Of a stretch of 64,000 bases of DNA, positions 25,720 to 38,722 are shown piece after piece. The stretch is from Octopus vulgaris (lineage: Eukaryota). The stretch spans positions 55,800,001 through 55,864,000 of the forward strand of contig OX597821.1 in NCBI GenBank assembly GCA_951406725.2. The letters run 5' to 3'. The notes under the pieces are model-generated. The model was not told the origin of the DNA, searched no databases, and saw only the letters and a list, made by a program, of their open reading frames with translations. Every line of letters begins with the position of its first letter. The stretch's first letter is position 1. The position numbers were made by a program, and so were the translations under genes.

Positions 25720-26490
25720 ATAGCTAAAGGGTGAAGATGGTGTTGAAATCCAACGTGAATGCCAAAAATTTGATTACCGGTGGTCAGGTATAGGGATTCT
25801 ATCCTCAAATGAACTGAGGAAATATCAACACTGTATAGAAAGACGATAAAGTTGACGCTGCATGGGGCGCTACACCCTAAATCAAACGTAAACACACAGT
25901 ATAGGAAAATAAAGAATGGTGGCAGAAGACTAATTAGTATAAGGAGTGAAGGGAGAACGCTCGCCGAGTATTTGATAATGATGAAAACCTGCTGCAATAT
26001 GCCGCGAAAGATATGGGTGTAAATGCAGATGAAATGAGCAAGGAAGAGTTAAAACCAAAAACCTGAGGAGAAGACAAAAGAAGACCTTCTTGAAATGAGA
26101 AAGCATGGGCAGTTTGAAAGAATACACAGGACGTGAAGATAATACAGCATCGTGGGCATGGCTTGAGCGAGGTGATTTGGAGCGTATTACTGAAAGCCTG
26201 ATCATTGTTACACAAGACCAAACTCTCGCTACCAATTCAGTGAAGTATAACATCTATAAAACTTCTGACACCAATAAATGTAGGCTTTCTGGAAAGAGTT
26301 TGGAAAATGTGACCCATTTGGTAAGTTGATGTGAGAGCCTGGCAAAAAAAGAATACAAACGCCGCCACGATAAAGTATGTGTGTATCTTCATTGGCTCTT
26401 ATGCCGTAAATACCAATATGAAGTAACAGAGAACGGGTATGAGCATGTACTAAGTAAAGTTATGCAAGAGGATGGAATTATCATTATTTA
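25720..26490 (+). mobile_element. Decayed R4/Dong-type LINE fragment
   Basis: HGALHPKSNV..Y...KNGGR, AWLERGDL..TESLIIVTQDQ, CRL..K..ENVTHLVS.C and RHDKVCVYLHWLLC. Confidence 0.8.
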
Positions 26491-26935
26491 TATATACTAG
26501 ACAATTGTAGATGTCTTTGTTTGTACTTCAATTAATTTTACACATACAGTACAAGCTAAAATCTATGGTTTTATACTGTACTTCATTGTACATATCCATA
26601 GCATCAAAAATAAACCATTTTGATACATTAGTAATTTATTTAAAAGGAACTAACTACTATGAACGCATCAAATATACAAATCGGCATGCCCGTTTTAAAG
26701 TGCTTAGTAATATTGACTATTGACTCACAGTGGAGGGTGGTTCGGTAATTTGTAACGGCAGTTGAAACTGTAACTCCAGTGATATCTGATAAAGACAGTC
26801 TCATAATAAGATATAACCTAAAATAAGATTTCATATTTGTTCCTAATTTAACGGTCATAGTAAACAAATACTAAGATCAGAAACACACATGAAACACACA
26901 TGAAGTGACACAAGCACACAAGCACATACACACAC

Positions 26936-26967
<32 letters not shown>

Positions 26968-28408
26968 GTGCACATACGCGCGCGCACACACTCGAACACA
27001 CGCGCACACACACACGAACGCACTCTAACACACACACACACACTCAGAACAAGTCAACATTTCAGTTATTACAAAGCAAAAGAAATGTAGATTTATTGTC
27101 AATTTATTAACAAACTAGTTCTGTTTGTTAAAGACGGACAATTTTTGTTTTCTTTTTAGTTTAAAATTTATGTTTTACAGACAATAGAAAATCAGAAATA
27201 CACGTTTTCTTTAATTAGTAAAACTCAGTTTTCACAGGATCTTTCCCTTGTCAATAAAATATCGCACTTTCTGTCTTTTTCTCTCTGATCGACTAATTGA
27301 GAATATACATTTATTCACAGTTGTCTCCATGTTAAAAGGATTTCTTGAGCAAATACGTGTAAATTAACGAGAAACATAGTGATTTGAAATAGAACAGTCT
27401 GGAAATTAAAAACTAATAAGGTAAATATTAGAGACACAACGTTCATAATATACCCAATGAATATAATTTAGATGAAAACATAGGATAGAATATATTTTAA
27501 ATAATGCTCTTATCATTTAGTATTTACAAATGGAAAAGTTGTTTAAGATTTCTTATTAATGAGTTACAGACAAAATTATATAACACTTGAAGAGACAAAG
27601 TCCATAGGAGGTGGGAAAAGTGGTAACTGGGGTAAAATGTATAATTTCTAATTTCTTGTTATTTTCTTCCTACCTGTTTGAAATCATTACTTTCTAAGTA
27701 TCGCATCATCATCTTGTACTGTTGCATCGTCTTTGGGAGTAAAATTGGTCTTGCATAGTGGCTGTTGTTCTTGAAACATAGTTACGTGACAGGTTCTTTT
27801 TTCTCGAGAAATTCTTTTCCAAATTTAACCCTATTGTATTCGAGGTTGTTAATTAAATATTTCGATAATTTTGATATTTAACAATTAATATTCTTTTGTT
27901 CGTTTCCAAGTCAATGTTTTCCTACATTTATGTCTACTTTCCTAATTTTTAATTTCAAAGAATGATGTCTAAACTAGGGTAAAATCAGTAATGATCAGCT
28001 TCAATCATTTCTTCTCTTTCACTGAATGGTATATATCATGAAGAGATCCACTCCAGCAGATACTGAAGAAGCTATAGAGAATATTTTGAAGAGATTTTAA
28101 ATTTAGCTGGGTTTTGTTAATTTCATAACACGTGCCATTTTTCCATACCCCTCTTTCATTTGACTTAGATGTTTTACACTTCAGTTACCTTTGAGATCTC
28201 CGTGAGTCTAAAAATGGCTATTGAGATGTATGACTTTCTTCTTAAATGTAATTCTGGAGAATTGAAGAGGTAAATTTACCTAACCTTGTCTTACTTATTT
28301 TTCCCCGGCTAAATTTGTCTTTGCATGCTCAAAGAGAAGACAAAATATTTTCTGAAATAATGTTCTGAATATATTAGCAACAGAGGACGTATAAATACCG
28401 CGGTGTAA

Positions 28409-28533
28409 TATTTATCTCCACTTAAACGTGGGGTAGAATAAACTTTACTTGTGGTTGATACCATCAGAGAAACTCTACCAACTTCACTGCTGAGACCGGC
28501 AGGTCACGTGATTTCGGCCTTGCTTGGTCTCAG
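28409..28533 (-). repeat. Second copy of the 1383-1578 pLTR-like unit with a broken hammerhead core
   Basis: Shares ccacttaaacgtgg, atacca.gaga and tcacgtgatttcg.cctt..ttggtctc with 1383-1578. CUGACGA is reduced to CUGA. Confidence 0.6.
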
Positions 28534-29774
28534 TAATTTTTGTATCAATATGTAAATGTGAGCAGATTTACACCAGTCTCTTTTATAGTTATGGTAATAT
28601 CACTATGATATTACTATAATATTGCTACGATACTGTAGGTATGACCAGTAATTATGGAGGGAAGACGTATATGCCATTTATATGGAACTATTTACCATCT
28701 GAGAACCTTTTGCCCGCACAACCAAAACAGGAGAGGACTTTCACTACAACAACAGCAATTGTGCAGCATCCGAGGCATTAGTAACAGCAGCAGCAAGAAG
28801 CAGCAACATATGCACCAATATCAGCAACAGCATTAATAGCGACAACACCAACGATCGTAACAACAACACCAGCTGCGGCAACAACAACACCAAGTTTAAA
28901 TCATCAACAGTAACGGAACAAGTTATTACAACTCATAAGCCGCTGCCTAGGAGTTACCCCAATCCCAGTACACTAGCTCTCTCTTTCTCACTCTCACTTT
29001 CTCTCTGTCTCTCTCTATATCTATCTACCTATCTATCTATCTAGTTATCTATCTATCTCTTCTTTTCCTTCTTCCCCTCCTACATACATAGATACACACA
29101 CACACACATACAAAAGAAAATAGACCCTTACTCCCGTCTGAGTCGGACTCTTTCCACTCGACAATCTCATCTTATAGTGAGGAAGAAAAGAGAAGGAAGA
29201 GCCTAGAAGAGCTAAAATGCTGGGGGGAAAAAACAGAAAGGAAAACGCACAACAATACCATAATCTCTTTATTAACACCAAACCGTTATATCCACCACAA
29301 CATACACACCATCACTGTTGCCACCCCTACCAACAGTATCAAAAAGAAAACATGCAAACGCAATAACAACAAACACACAAGCGCAAAACTAACAAAGACA
29401 CAAATCCGACAGCAACCAGAACAACAACACCAGCTAAATGCTCCTACAACATTAACAAATCTTAACCACACTTAACTTTGTTCAAGTAAGAAGGAAAAAT
29501 AATGAACTTTTATCATACCTCGCAAAAACTGAGGATATCAAGTTTGAAGTGGAATGACTTTGATAGGTAAATCTTCCACTTGGCACATACAATTATTAGA
29601 GAGTGGTTCGAACATAACTCGGGAAACCCAAGATCATAGCCACGAACAAACACCTTCGGGTTTTCCCTACAGCGCTCTATACAGAGATGGGATGTTAATG
29701 CATAGGATTGCCAACAGAAAAACCATTAAAGTAGGTGAACTCATTTTCCTTTTATCTTTCTTTTCTATCAACAT

Positions 29775-30320
29775 AGCTGCACTGAGAATAGGTTACATAA
29801 ATGCACGTCCTGGGGTCACCATGGATGCAGGGTCACCTCCTCGATGACTTCAGGTCATTATCTATAAATAAGATAGCCATCATCAAGTCCATGATTTCTG
29901 ATACACGCGCTTCGGGGCTATGCTATTTTGACAATTATGAAATTTATGCGTCTTTTAGTCGACTTAGAGTGACGGGGATTGAGTGATGATGTTGTTTCGA
30001 AAAGGCCTGGGCCTTGAGATACTGTCCATGTTTCTAATTCCGGACGTTATATTGTTTTTCCTGAGTGTCAACATTAGCGAAGTGGGTGCCCTCAGAGTAG
30101 TAGCTGCCTACGCCTACGCCCCAACTGGAGCATGGAAACAAGATTTCTTCAGGTATCTGGAGGTTTTCTAGAAACGTCCATGTCTTTGGTGTTACTGAGT
30201 GACTGGAACACGATCCTGGATGCACTTTTGGACTGGACGGAGCTATCTTATAGGAGAGTGGTTTGCAAAAACCTCGCAAGCCTATTCAGTCGTTTCCATC
30301 TTCCTGAGACATACGACTAA
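29775..30320 (+). mobile_element. L1/Tx1-like AP-endonuclease remnant
   Basis: LRIGYINAR (N-terminal motif), RVVAAYAYAPTG (VYAP-like) and VLLSDWNTILD (GDFN-like) across three short ORFs. Confidence 0.7.
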
Positions 30321-31489
30321 ATTTCATCGTATTTAGAAAGATTATTCGGTAGACCAGCAGATAGGGAATAGCTCTGTGAATTGTTGATAAACTTCTCACA
30401 ATTCAAAGTCGGGAGCTACATAGACAGAAAATTCATGATCTTCAGAGTCAATTGAGGGAGACTTCGTGGGTAGATCCGTACTGCGACTACCAACAGAATG
30501 GAAGTATTCCCTGCTCTGTGAAATGGTGTGCTACTATAATTTTTACTACTTTAGGACCGTAACTACGAAATGCAGAGTTAACCGGTTAGCGATGAGGTTG
30601 GCGTTTGTTATTGATATATCTATCCATGAAAACTTCCACCTCACACCGCTCAATGGGTGGATAAGAAAGCTGGCATGGGTGATCCCCTGCCCCTTATCAA
30701 TCTAGATGAATTGAAAGCTTTTATTAGGATCAACTATCAATACTGTCTCACAGCAACTTTAGAAGCTGGACCGCTGCAATGTACCGTGACATCTGCTCGG
30801 TGGTCTGAGTAAATGGCCGCCTATCTAAACCATTCAATATCATGCTTTCGATCTATCAAAGATTCACCTGAAAGTTGCATATCGTTTCCCACTCCCGCTT
30901 CCATAAATCCATTTCCTTGTGCCTCGCCATAAAATACTGCTTAAAAGCATTTCTACAGAACTCCCTTTCTGGCTATGAATTTTCTTTCCGATAAACCGAC
31001 AGTAGCTCAACGTAAAATCAACTGTTTCAATGGTATCTGAAAAAAATGCTCGCTCTAAGTTCCGTAATGATAAAAGTAATTAAATAAATAGAAGCGGGTT
31101 CGCATGTTTTGGCATGTTGTGAAATTAGTACCCGTGATTAAATTACAGGGTATTTGGCATCATGACATGATGGCAGAACCTATTAATTTGTTATTTCATC
31201 AAAACCTTTAACTTGTACTGCCTACTTCTCTATCCCAACTTGCTTAAATTAAGAAGCATACTTAAGGTACTGTAAAACGGCTGACTTGACAAGTAGCTTC
31301 ACGCAACTTATGTTATACTATTGTAGATTTTTTCTAGGTCCAATTAGATATCAGAGATGCCCACCAGTCTTGTAAATAGAGAATATATTTGAAGTTTAGT
31401 TGATTATTTTTATATCCAACAAAAATTACTTTCTAGTCATCATAATTTATATCAATAATATTTGCCTGTAGTAATTAATATAAATATTG

Positions 31490-31693
31490 GTTCCACATTT
31501 TGGCCAGCAGTTTCAAAGGAGGGGCAGTCGATTACATCGACCCCAGTGTTCAACTCATCCACATTTTAGTGACTCAGAAAGGATGAAAGGCGAAGTCGAC
31601 TTCGGCAGAATTTGAACTGAGAACGTAAAGACAGGTGAATTGACGCTAAGGATTTTGGCCGACGTCTTAACAGTTCCGCCAGCTCGCCGCCTT
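31490..31693 (-). mobile_element. SINE family B
   Basis: Reverse complement of 54601-54815. Confidence 0.8.
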
Positions 31694-31730
31694 TAACTAA
31701 CATAAATATTAATTAATATTTTTTTTTCAG

Positions 31731-31818
31731 GTAGAAGTGTTAATGGAAATATTCTTTGATAGTGTTTATGCCAGTTCCAGTGGTCAACAAGTCTTTAAGA
31801 AAGCGCAACCAAACTATT
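31731..31818 (+). other. Candidate exon (VEVLMEIFFDSVYASSSGQQVFKKAQPNY)
   Basis: Strong T-rich acceptor ttttttttcag, open frame and a weak GTAATT donor. Confidence 0.35.
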
Positions 31819-32506
31819 GTAATTAAGTTTGCTTTCCTTTCTGAAGCCGTTGTCAATACAATTACTGCAAAATTCAATTGGTGTTAAATTTAGCATCATT
31901 ATGAAAGCTAGCTTTCATATTAATCTCTTTCCCATAATTTAATATAAAACAGGTGCGCATTTTCAACTTAGAAGTGAGCTGTTTGATTGACTGCAAAAAA
32001 ATCCAACAAATAGATATAGCATATGTCTATATATATGTACTACAAGTTACTGGTTTAGATTCGGGGCCACTAATTTGGGAGAAAGGGGGTTGGTCTATTA
32101 CATTGATCCCTTCCCATAGTGCTCCACCTTTATTTTTATGAACCTCTAAAGAATGAATGTTAAACTAGTCTTGGGAAAGATTTGAACTCAGAGCTTAATA
32201 CTTCACAGAAAGTACAGCAAAGCATTTCTTCCACCGCTCTATTAGATTCTACCAATCAACATCCTTAAAGACTATATTTCCAATTTTTGCACAAGGCTAG
32301 TAATTTTAGGAAAATTGAGAAGTCAATAACATCGAGCCCAGTAAACAACTGATACTGTTTTCTCGGTCTCTAAAGAATGAAATATAAAGTTGACCTCTGC
32401 GAAATTTGAAGTTCGAAATAACAAGCAAGAAAAAATAACTCTAAGCATTTTGTTCGGTGCGCTAACGATTCTGCCAGCTTTGATGGCATGAACTGCTCTC
32501 TCACTC

Positions 32507-32556
<50 letters not shown>

Positions 32557-32569
32557 TAATATTAATGAT

Positions 32570-33149
32570 AAATGCCCTGAAGCAGTACTTAAATGCCTTG
32601 ATGCAGTACCAAGGCAGTGTCTCTCGTGGCTTCTGATCATAACTGATTGGAAGTGTTATCATGTACATTGTTTTGTCTTGGTATAAAAGATGGGCTACAG
32701 CAAATATTCTGCTCAGTACCACCGATTTGCTTATCAGTTGTTTGACCTTAACCAGTTGACTATGTCCCTTAATGGCTGACGATGTGTGCATCTCTGATCA
32801 CGAGCGGAGGTAGTGGGGGAGCATCATAGCCATGTGTTGAGAGGGATTCTTTGGGGTTTGAGTAATTCACCTCTGAAAACATGGGTGTTTCGTTCAACAT
32901 CATTAAACTACCCTTATTCAAGGACCTTTTGAGCGGGATGGGTTACTCGACCAGAAGAAAATTCTAACTGGGCCCCACCTGCAAGGTCATGTGCTGTTTA
33001 TCTTGATATGAGATCACCATGTCGCGCATATATGGTTGTAACGCATGTGCCTAGCGTACCCTTATCAGACGGATAGTCATGATGGGTATACTGGGCTTCG
33101 TATATTTTACCCCAGTGTCATTTTGATAGCATTCACTGCTCTCTCACTC
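32570..33149 (+). repeat. Repeat family C, full-length copy between (AAT)n tracts
   Basis: About 580-bp non-coding unit ending ...ctgctctctcactc then (aat)n. Homologous to 45005-45557, 17655-18160 and 33350-33511. Confidence 0.85.
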
Positions 33150-33150
33150 A

Positions 33151-33212
<62 letters not shown>

Positions 33213-33349
33213 TTCATTTATTTGCCGCGAGGGAGAAAGATGAGGGGGACAATACAGAGACAGAAATTAAGTGTTGGGATTTACATATAATAATCAAGTG
33301 ATAAATAAATAAATAAATAAAAAGTATGCACAGAATACACTGAGAAAGA

Positions 33350-33511
33350 CTGCACTGTTTATCTTGATATGAGATCACCATGTAATGCACATGTGGTTGT
33401 GATGCATGTGCCTGGTATACCCTTATCATGATGAGTAGTCATGATGGGTATACTGGGTTTCGTATATTTTACCCCACTGCCACTTTGATGGCATGCACTA
33501 CTCTCACACTC
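33350..33511 (+). repeat. Repeat family C, terminal fragment
   Basis: Duplicates 32993-33149. Confidence 0.8.
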
Positions 33512-33740
33512 AATGATAATAATAATCCTTTGTACTATAGGCACAAGGTCTGAAATTTGGTGAGAGGTTGCCAGTCGATTAGAGCGACTCCAGTGCGCAA
33601 CTGGTACTTAATTTATCGACCTTGAAAGGATGAAAGTCAAAGTCGACCTCAGCGGAATCTGAACTCAGAACGTAAGGACGGACGAAATGCCGCTAATCAT
33701 TTTGTCTGTTGTGCTAACGATTCTGTCAGCTGGTCACCTT

Positions 33741-33741
<1 letters not shown>
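33512..33741 (-). mobile_element. SINE family B
   Basis: Reverse-complement copy with (aat)n tail at 33512-33525. Confidence 0.8.
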
Positions 33742-33801
<60 letters not shown>

Positions 33802-33802
<1 letters not shown>

Positions 33803-35627
33803 CTATATATATATATAAAACTGAGACTGTGTGTCTGTCTGTCTGTCTGTGTGTTTCCCTAAAACTTGAGAACTACACAACCAATTTCATTCAAATTTTA
33901 CACATGCCTTACTTTCCTCCAAAATTTTTCAAAAGTCTTTGAAAATGTTTTTAATTTTTGAAAATTTTTTGAAATTTTCCCCAAATATTTTTCAAAAATT
34001 TTTTGATAATTTTCCCAAATTTTCTTGAAGCCGAGATTTTAAAGTTACAGAGACATTATTGATATATCATCTGAGGAAACACAACTAGATCTCATAATGC
34101 AGGGAAATAGTTTCTTAATCAAGTACCTGCACATCTGGAGAACTACGTTGCATGCAAACAATTGTAGTGATTAAAAAATAAATGTCCACTTCTTGTTGAC
34201 TCGAATTTTTTCAATTATCTATTCACACTCGACAGATGCCCAAACGCAAACCTGGAAATGCATAAACTGGAAACCACAGTTTAAATGTGACAGTGAACGA
34301 GCGAGCTTTATACTGTATTCTACTATGTTCTTAACAGAATATATTATAATTATATATATACATATATAAGACTGGCTTCTTACGGTTTACGTCAACCAGA
34401 TATACTCACAAGTCTTTGGTCAGCCCGATTCTATAGCAGAAGACACTTGCCCAAGGTGTCACGCAATAGTACTGAACCCAGAACCATGTGGTTGGGAATA
34501 AATATATATTTATATATATCTGTATATATATATACGGCAAGATGTGTGTGTGTGTGTGTACGGGATTGTAGTTTATGCACATCCACAATTAGCACGCATA
34601 TCGCTCAAATTTTAGGAGGACATTCCTGAACATCCTATCTGGGTTTTGTCAACTTATTTCTTTCCAGAGGCACCCGCGGATAGCGGTAAAAATCTATTTT
34701 CAGCCATAACTTTTAGCGGTAAAAATCTATTTTCAGCCATAGCTTTTTGACGGCGTCTAACAAAAAAAAAAAAAGAAGATAAAGAAAAGTGGAAGAAGAG
34801 AGGCAGAGAGTTTCATGGGAAAGACAAAGTGAGAGAGTGAGAGAGAGTAAGTGACGACGTTCATAAAATATAAAATGTAACATGTTTGTCTTTTCTTAAA
34901 CACGAGATATAGTGTTCAAATTCAAGATGTTTTTGAAAGACACTCTATTTTATAATCATAGTATCTATACTTTCTCACACAACAATTACAATATATTTAT
35001 TTTAAATCATTTATTTATTTTAAATCTTTCATCTTTCTTCCCCACCTCTCTCACACACATTACTTTGGGTGCGAAAGAGTTTTGTTTTTATTTTACGCCG
35101 AGTAAAAAAGTGTTTTGTTGACAATCCATTTATTTAACAACAAAGAAACAAAGAGGTGAGTAGCAATTTGTCAGTGAATTGCACAATATAAATGGGTACA
35201 ATTTCCGAGGCTTCCACCACACCCACTCCGTTTCACGGACCACAAAATGGGTTTTGTAGCATATTAAGAGGCCAGAGTAGTTGATTCCACGCAAAAAAAA
35301 AAACCGATTATTTTTCTTAGTGAAAATCGTGCGAGTGTTAATCTACAAATTTAACAACATTTTTCCATTCATTTCTGTTTATGAACATGTATACATGCAC
35401 AAAACATGCAATAGGTGTACGTACGTACATGTGTGTTCGTGTCTGCTGCCCATATATATTTATATTATATTATATTATATTATATATAATATATATATAA
35501 TATAACCAATTTCAACGGATTTTGCCCAAATTTGACGTCGATATTACTTAGTTTGGTTTGAAATAAAGAATTTGATTAGCTTAATAATCGTAACTTAATC
35601 CCGGACAAGGCGAGGTTATACTGCTAG
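33802..35627 (+). mobile_element. Non-autonomous Helitron with nested insertions, in an A|T site of (AAT)n
   Basis: 5' end A|TCTATATATATATATAAAA followed by (GTCT)n. 3' end has a GC-rich imperfect hairpin cccggacaaggcgagg followed by CTAG|T. No TSD. Confidence 0.7.
34681..34746 (+). repeat. 33-bp tandem duplication
   Basis: tagcggtaaaaatctattttcagccata at 34681 and 34714. Confidence 0.9.
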
Positions 35628-37252
35628 TAATAATAATAAAGTCGACCTGCGGGATTTGAAATCAGAACGTAAAAACGGACGAAATGCCGCTAACGGTGTG
35701 CTAACGATTTTGCCAGCTCGCCGCCTTATAACAACAACAGTGATGATGATGAGGCGGAGGAGGAGGAGAAGGATGACGATAATAATAATGATAACAAGAA
35801 CAAATATTTTCTTTATTAATCACACCGATTAACAAAAATATCGAGTATAATACAGAATATAAAGAGTGTCGGATTACATAAAAGCGTGTTAAACAGTAAA
35901 ATAACAGAGACAAAGAAGCAAAAATAATCAAAGATTAGTTCCCCAAAAGCGGGGAGAAGTTCTCCGAATGTTGAAACTCCATGAAATAAACCATGGTTAA
36001 GTTGACCACTAAAGCAAATAATCTCTCCCGGTCACCTTCATGGAATCTATATACTCATGCTCAAAGCCCGTTCATTCCGATCGTGTTAGTCACTCTGGTC
36101 CAATACTCGATCTCTTACACTACATACATATATATATATATATATCATTAAAACAGAAATGACCTATTTCATCCTATGGCGCAATGTGCGTCATCTTAGT
36201 TTGCCTCTTAATATGAACCAATATACAAAGATACTTCCCCATACATTTATATATAATCATATGCATAATATACAGAAAGATTTGATGGTTATACACTTGC
36301 TCAATCAGAACGAATTTGGGGCAAAAGAAAAGCAACAACAGCCATGAGTTGAGTAATTGATTTCATGGGATATGCAGCAGCTGTATAATTACTTTTGGAC
36401 ATTGATATGTTGTAGATAAGTTAGCGAAATTGCACACAGTATACTCGCCAGGATTGAACCTTGCATCCTTTCTTATAAAGCTCAGCTGCTTAGCCACTTA
36501 GTTTACTCAATGTCTTCTACATTGAATAAATGTATTCATGCCTATATTCATAGCAAATATTTCTCCGTTCTTTGTTTTCTTTGCTGAAACTAAGAATTAA
36601 ATAGGATTTAATAGTCTTTACCACGTGCGTTTATCTTCCTCTTAATAGTAAAAAATTCGGAAAACAATATGAAAACTCGCTTTGATATCATTATGAACTT
36701 TTACTGTTATCATATGTTCAATTGATCAGGAAAACAAATATTTGATACTGGAAATGCACAATAGATGATTTAGAATTTATGATAAAGGCTGGCCTGGCTG
36801 CTTCATAAATCTCATAACAATAACTGACTTACTGATGAATTGAGCATAGAATAAATGAAACATCATCAAAGAAGAAAGCAGACATTCCCAAGATGTTCGG
36901 TAAGCGATTGTTTGTGAATATGGTGCCCACGGTGATGCCATTCAAATACTGCTGTGTCGATCATAAAAGTAAATACAAGAAAAATGTGAAAGCAAAAATC
37001 TCCTAATATTATAAATGAAACGATTGAACTACCTCGAAAAAACATCTCCACTAAATGTCTTGGAATGGGTAACTGTTATAAATATATCTTTTCAAGTGAT
37101 GTACTAACAAGAGAGGAGTATTCCGTTTTTTTGTTTTTTGCTTTTTGTTCTTTTTTTTTGTTTCGCTAAACACAGGCAATTTGTTTTCATGTTGATATAG
37201 GAAGAATGAATGTATGAAATCACGAATGTGTGTATGCGTATGTGTTCGTGTG

Positions 37253-37307
<55 letters not shown>

Positions 37308-37454
37308 TCAAGTACATTCGTTTGCATACATGGAAGTATACACGCATGCATACACACACACACTCATTCATACAAGCATATACATGTGTGTGTGTGTATA
37401 TCACAACGATATCTTATTCATATGCATATACATATTATATATGCATATATAAGG

Positions 37455-38300
37455 TCTTTCCACTCTGAATTTTGAAGAAACTGAAACAGGTGGAAATCTG
37501 AAGGTTCAAGGTCGTGCAAATATGGAATATGAGGCAAAATATCCCAGCCAAGCCCTAGTAACGCGTCTACAAAGAAGTATGCAGTCTGGCATTGTCGTAA
37601 TGTAAGACGATACTCTAACAATTAACAAGTTCCGTCGCTTTTGGTGGATGTATGTGTTTAATTCATCCAACTGCTCACAATACACATCCAAATTGCTGGT
37701 CCTATTCGGTGGGAAAAACTCGTAAAAGATAATACCCTTCCAATCCCACCGAGTTGAAAACGAAATCTTCTTTGAATGAAGCCTTGCTTTGGAAGTTCTC
37801 TGTGGTCGTTCATTGAGCTCCCCCATGCGCCTTTATGTTTCACATTGTTATAGTGAATCAATGGATCGATTATAATTCGTCCCCCGTAACCATTCCCTTC
37901 AAAAACGGATTGATTTTTTTACATTCATTTGCAACGAATCGCAGATGGATATTTGCTGAGCCATGTTCTTCCCATCAAATTGATGTGAGATTCAAACATC
38001 GACCTTTCTAGCGTAATCAAGTTGATGCAGATAGTTTTCCATTCCCGATTTAGATATACGGAGAACATTGCGATCATCCTGGCCTTATAACCAGAGTTGT
38101 TCTCTACTAACTCCTGCATTTTATCGCTGTTAATCTCAATTGGACGACCAAAACGAGGTACAACTTGAACAGAAATATTTCCCGTTTGAAATCTTTAAAA
38201 GTACTTCTAGTATACACATTCTTTAATAATTTCCTCTCTGTACACGACATATAACTAACTGCAAAGTTTCCACTGCTTTCTTAATTTTTTTTTACTTCCA
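37455..38300 (-). mobile_element. Decayed mariner transposase fragment
   Basis: VTGDE, WDWKGIIFYE...DVYCEQL and HIPYLHDLEPSDFHLF (YSPDLAPSD-like) motifs. Confidence 0.85.
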
Positions 38301-38489
38301 AGTGCTGCTCGTAGATATCTCACAAAAGCTACGATCACCCTGACCTTTAGGGCAAGTGCCCCCTCCTTTTCATCTACCCTTGATCCACAGGTATATACTT
38401 AATATAGGCCCGTCCACTTGGGCCATTCACGCTAAATTCACCCACCTTTTAACAAAACTGCTGAGAGGTAGAACTTCTCTCCTTACCCT

Positions 38490-38641
38490 CCTTACATTCT
38501 GAATTCAAATTCTGCCGGGGTTCACTTTGCTTCTCATCCTTTCGAGGTCGATGAAATAAGTATCAATTCAGCATTGGGGTCCATGTAATCCACTAGCCCC
38601 CTCCCCACAAAATTTCAGGCATAGTGCCTATAGTAGAAAGG

Positions 38642-38712
<71 letters not shown>

Positions 38713-38722
38713 TATTATTATT
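38490..38722 (+). mobile_element. SINE family B 3' part with a long (ATT)n tail
   Basis: ttctgaattcaaattc...catcctttcgaggtcgat...gtgcctatagtagaaagg(att)n. Confidence 0.75.

Noticed and set aside
27181-27420. NUMT or selenoprotein explanation for the TGA-only frame
   Set aside because: No resemblance to mitochondrial proteins and no SECIS or redox motif recognised.
36445-36505. tRNA-like A/B boxes on the minus strand
   Set aside because: No complete cloverleaf. Probably a decayed SINE head rather than a tRNA gene.
36833-36868. CTGATGA...GAAA spacing
   Set aside because: Weak AU-only stem II and no stem I or III.
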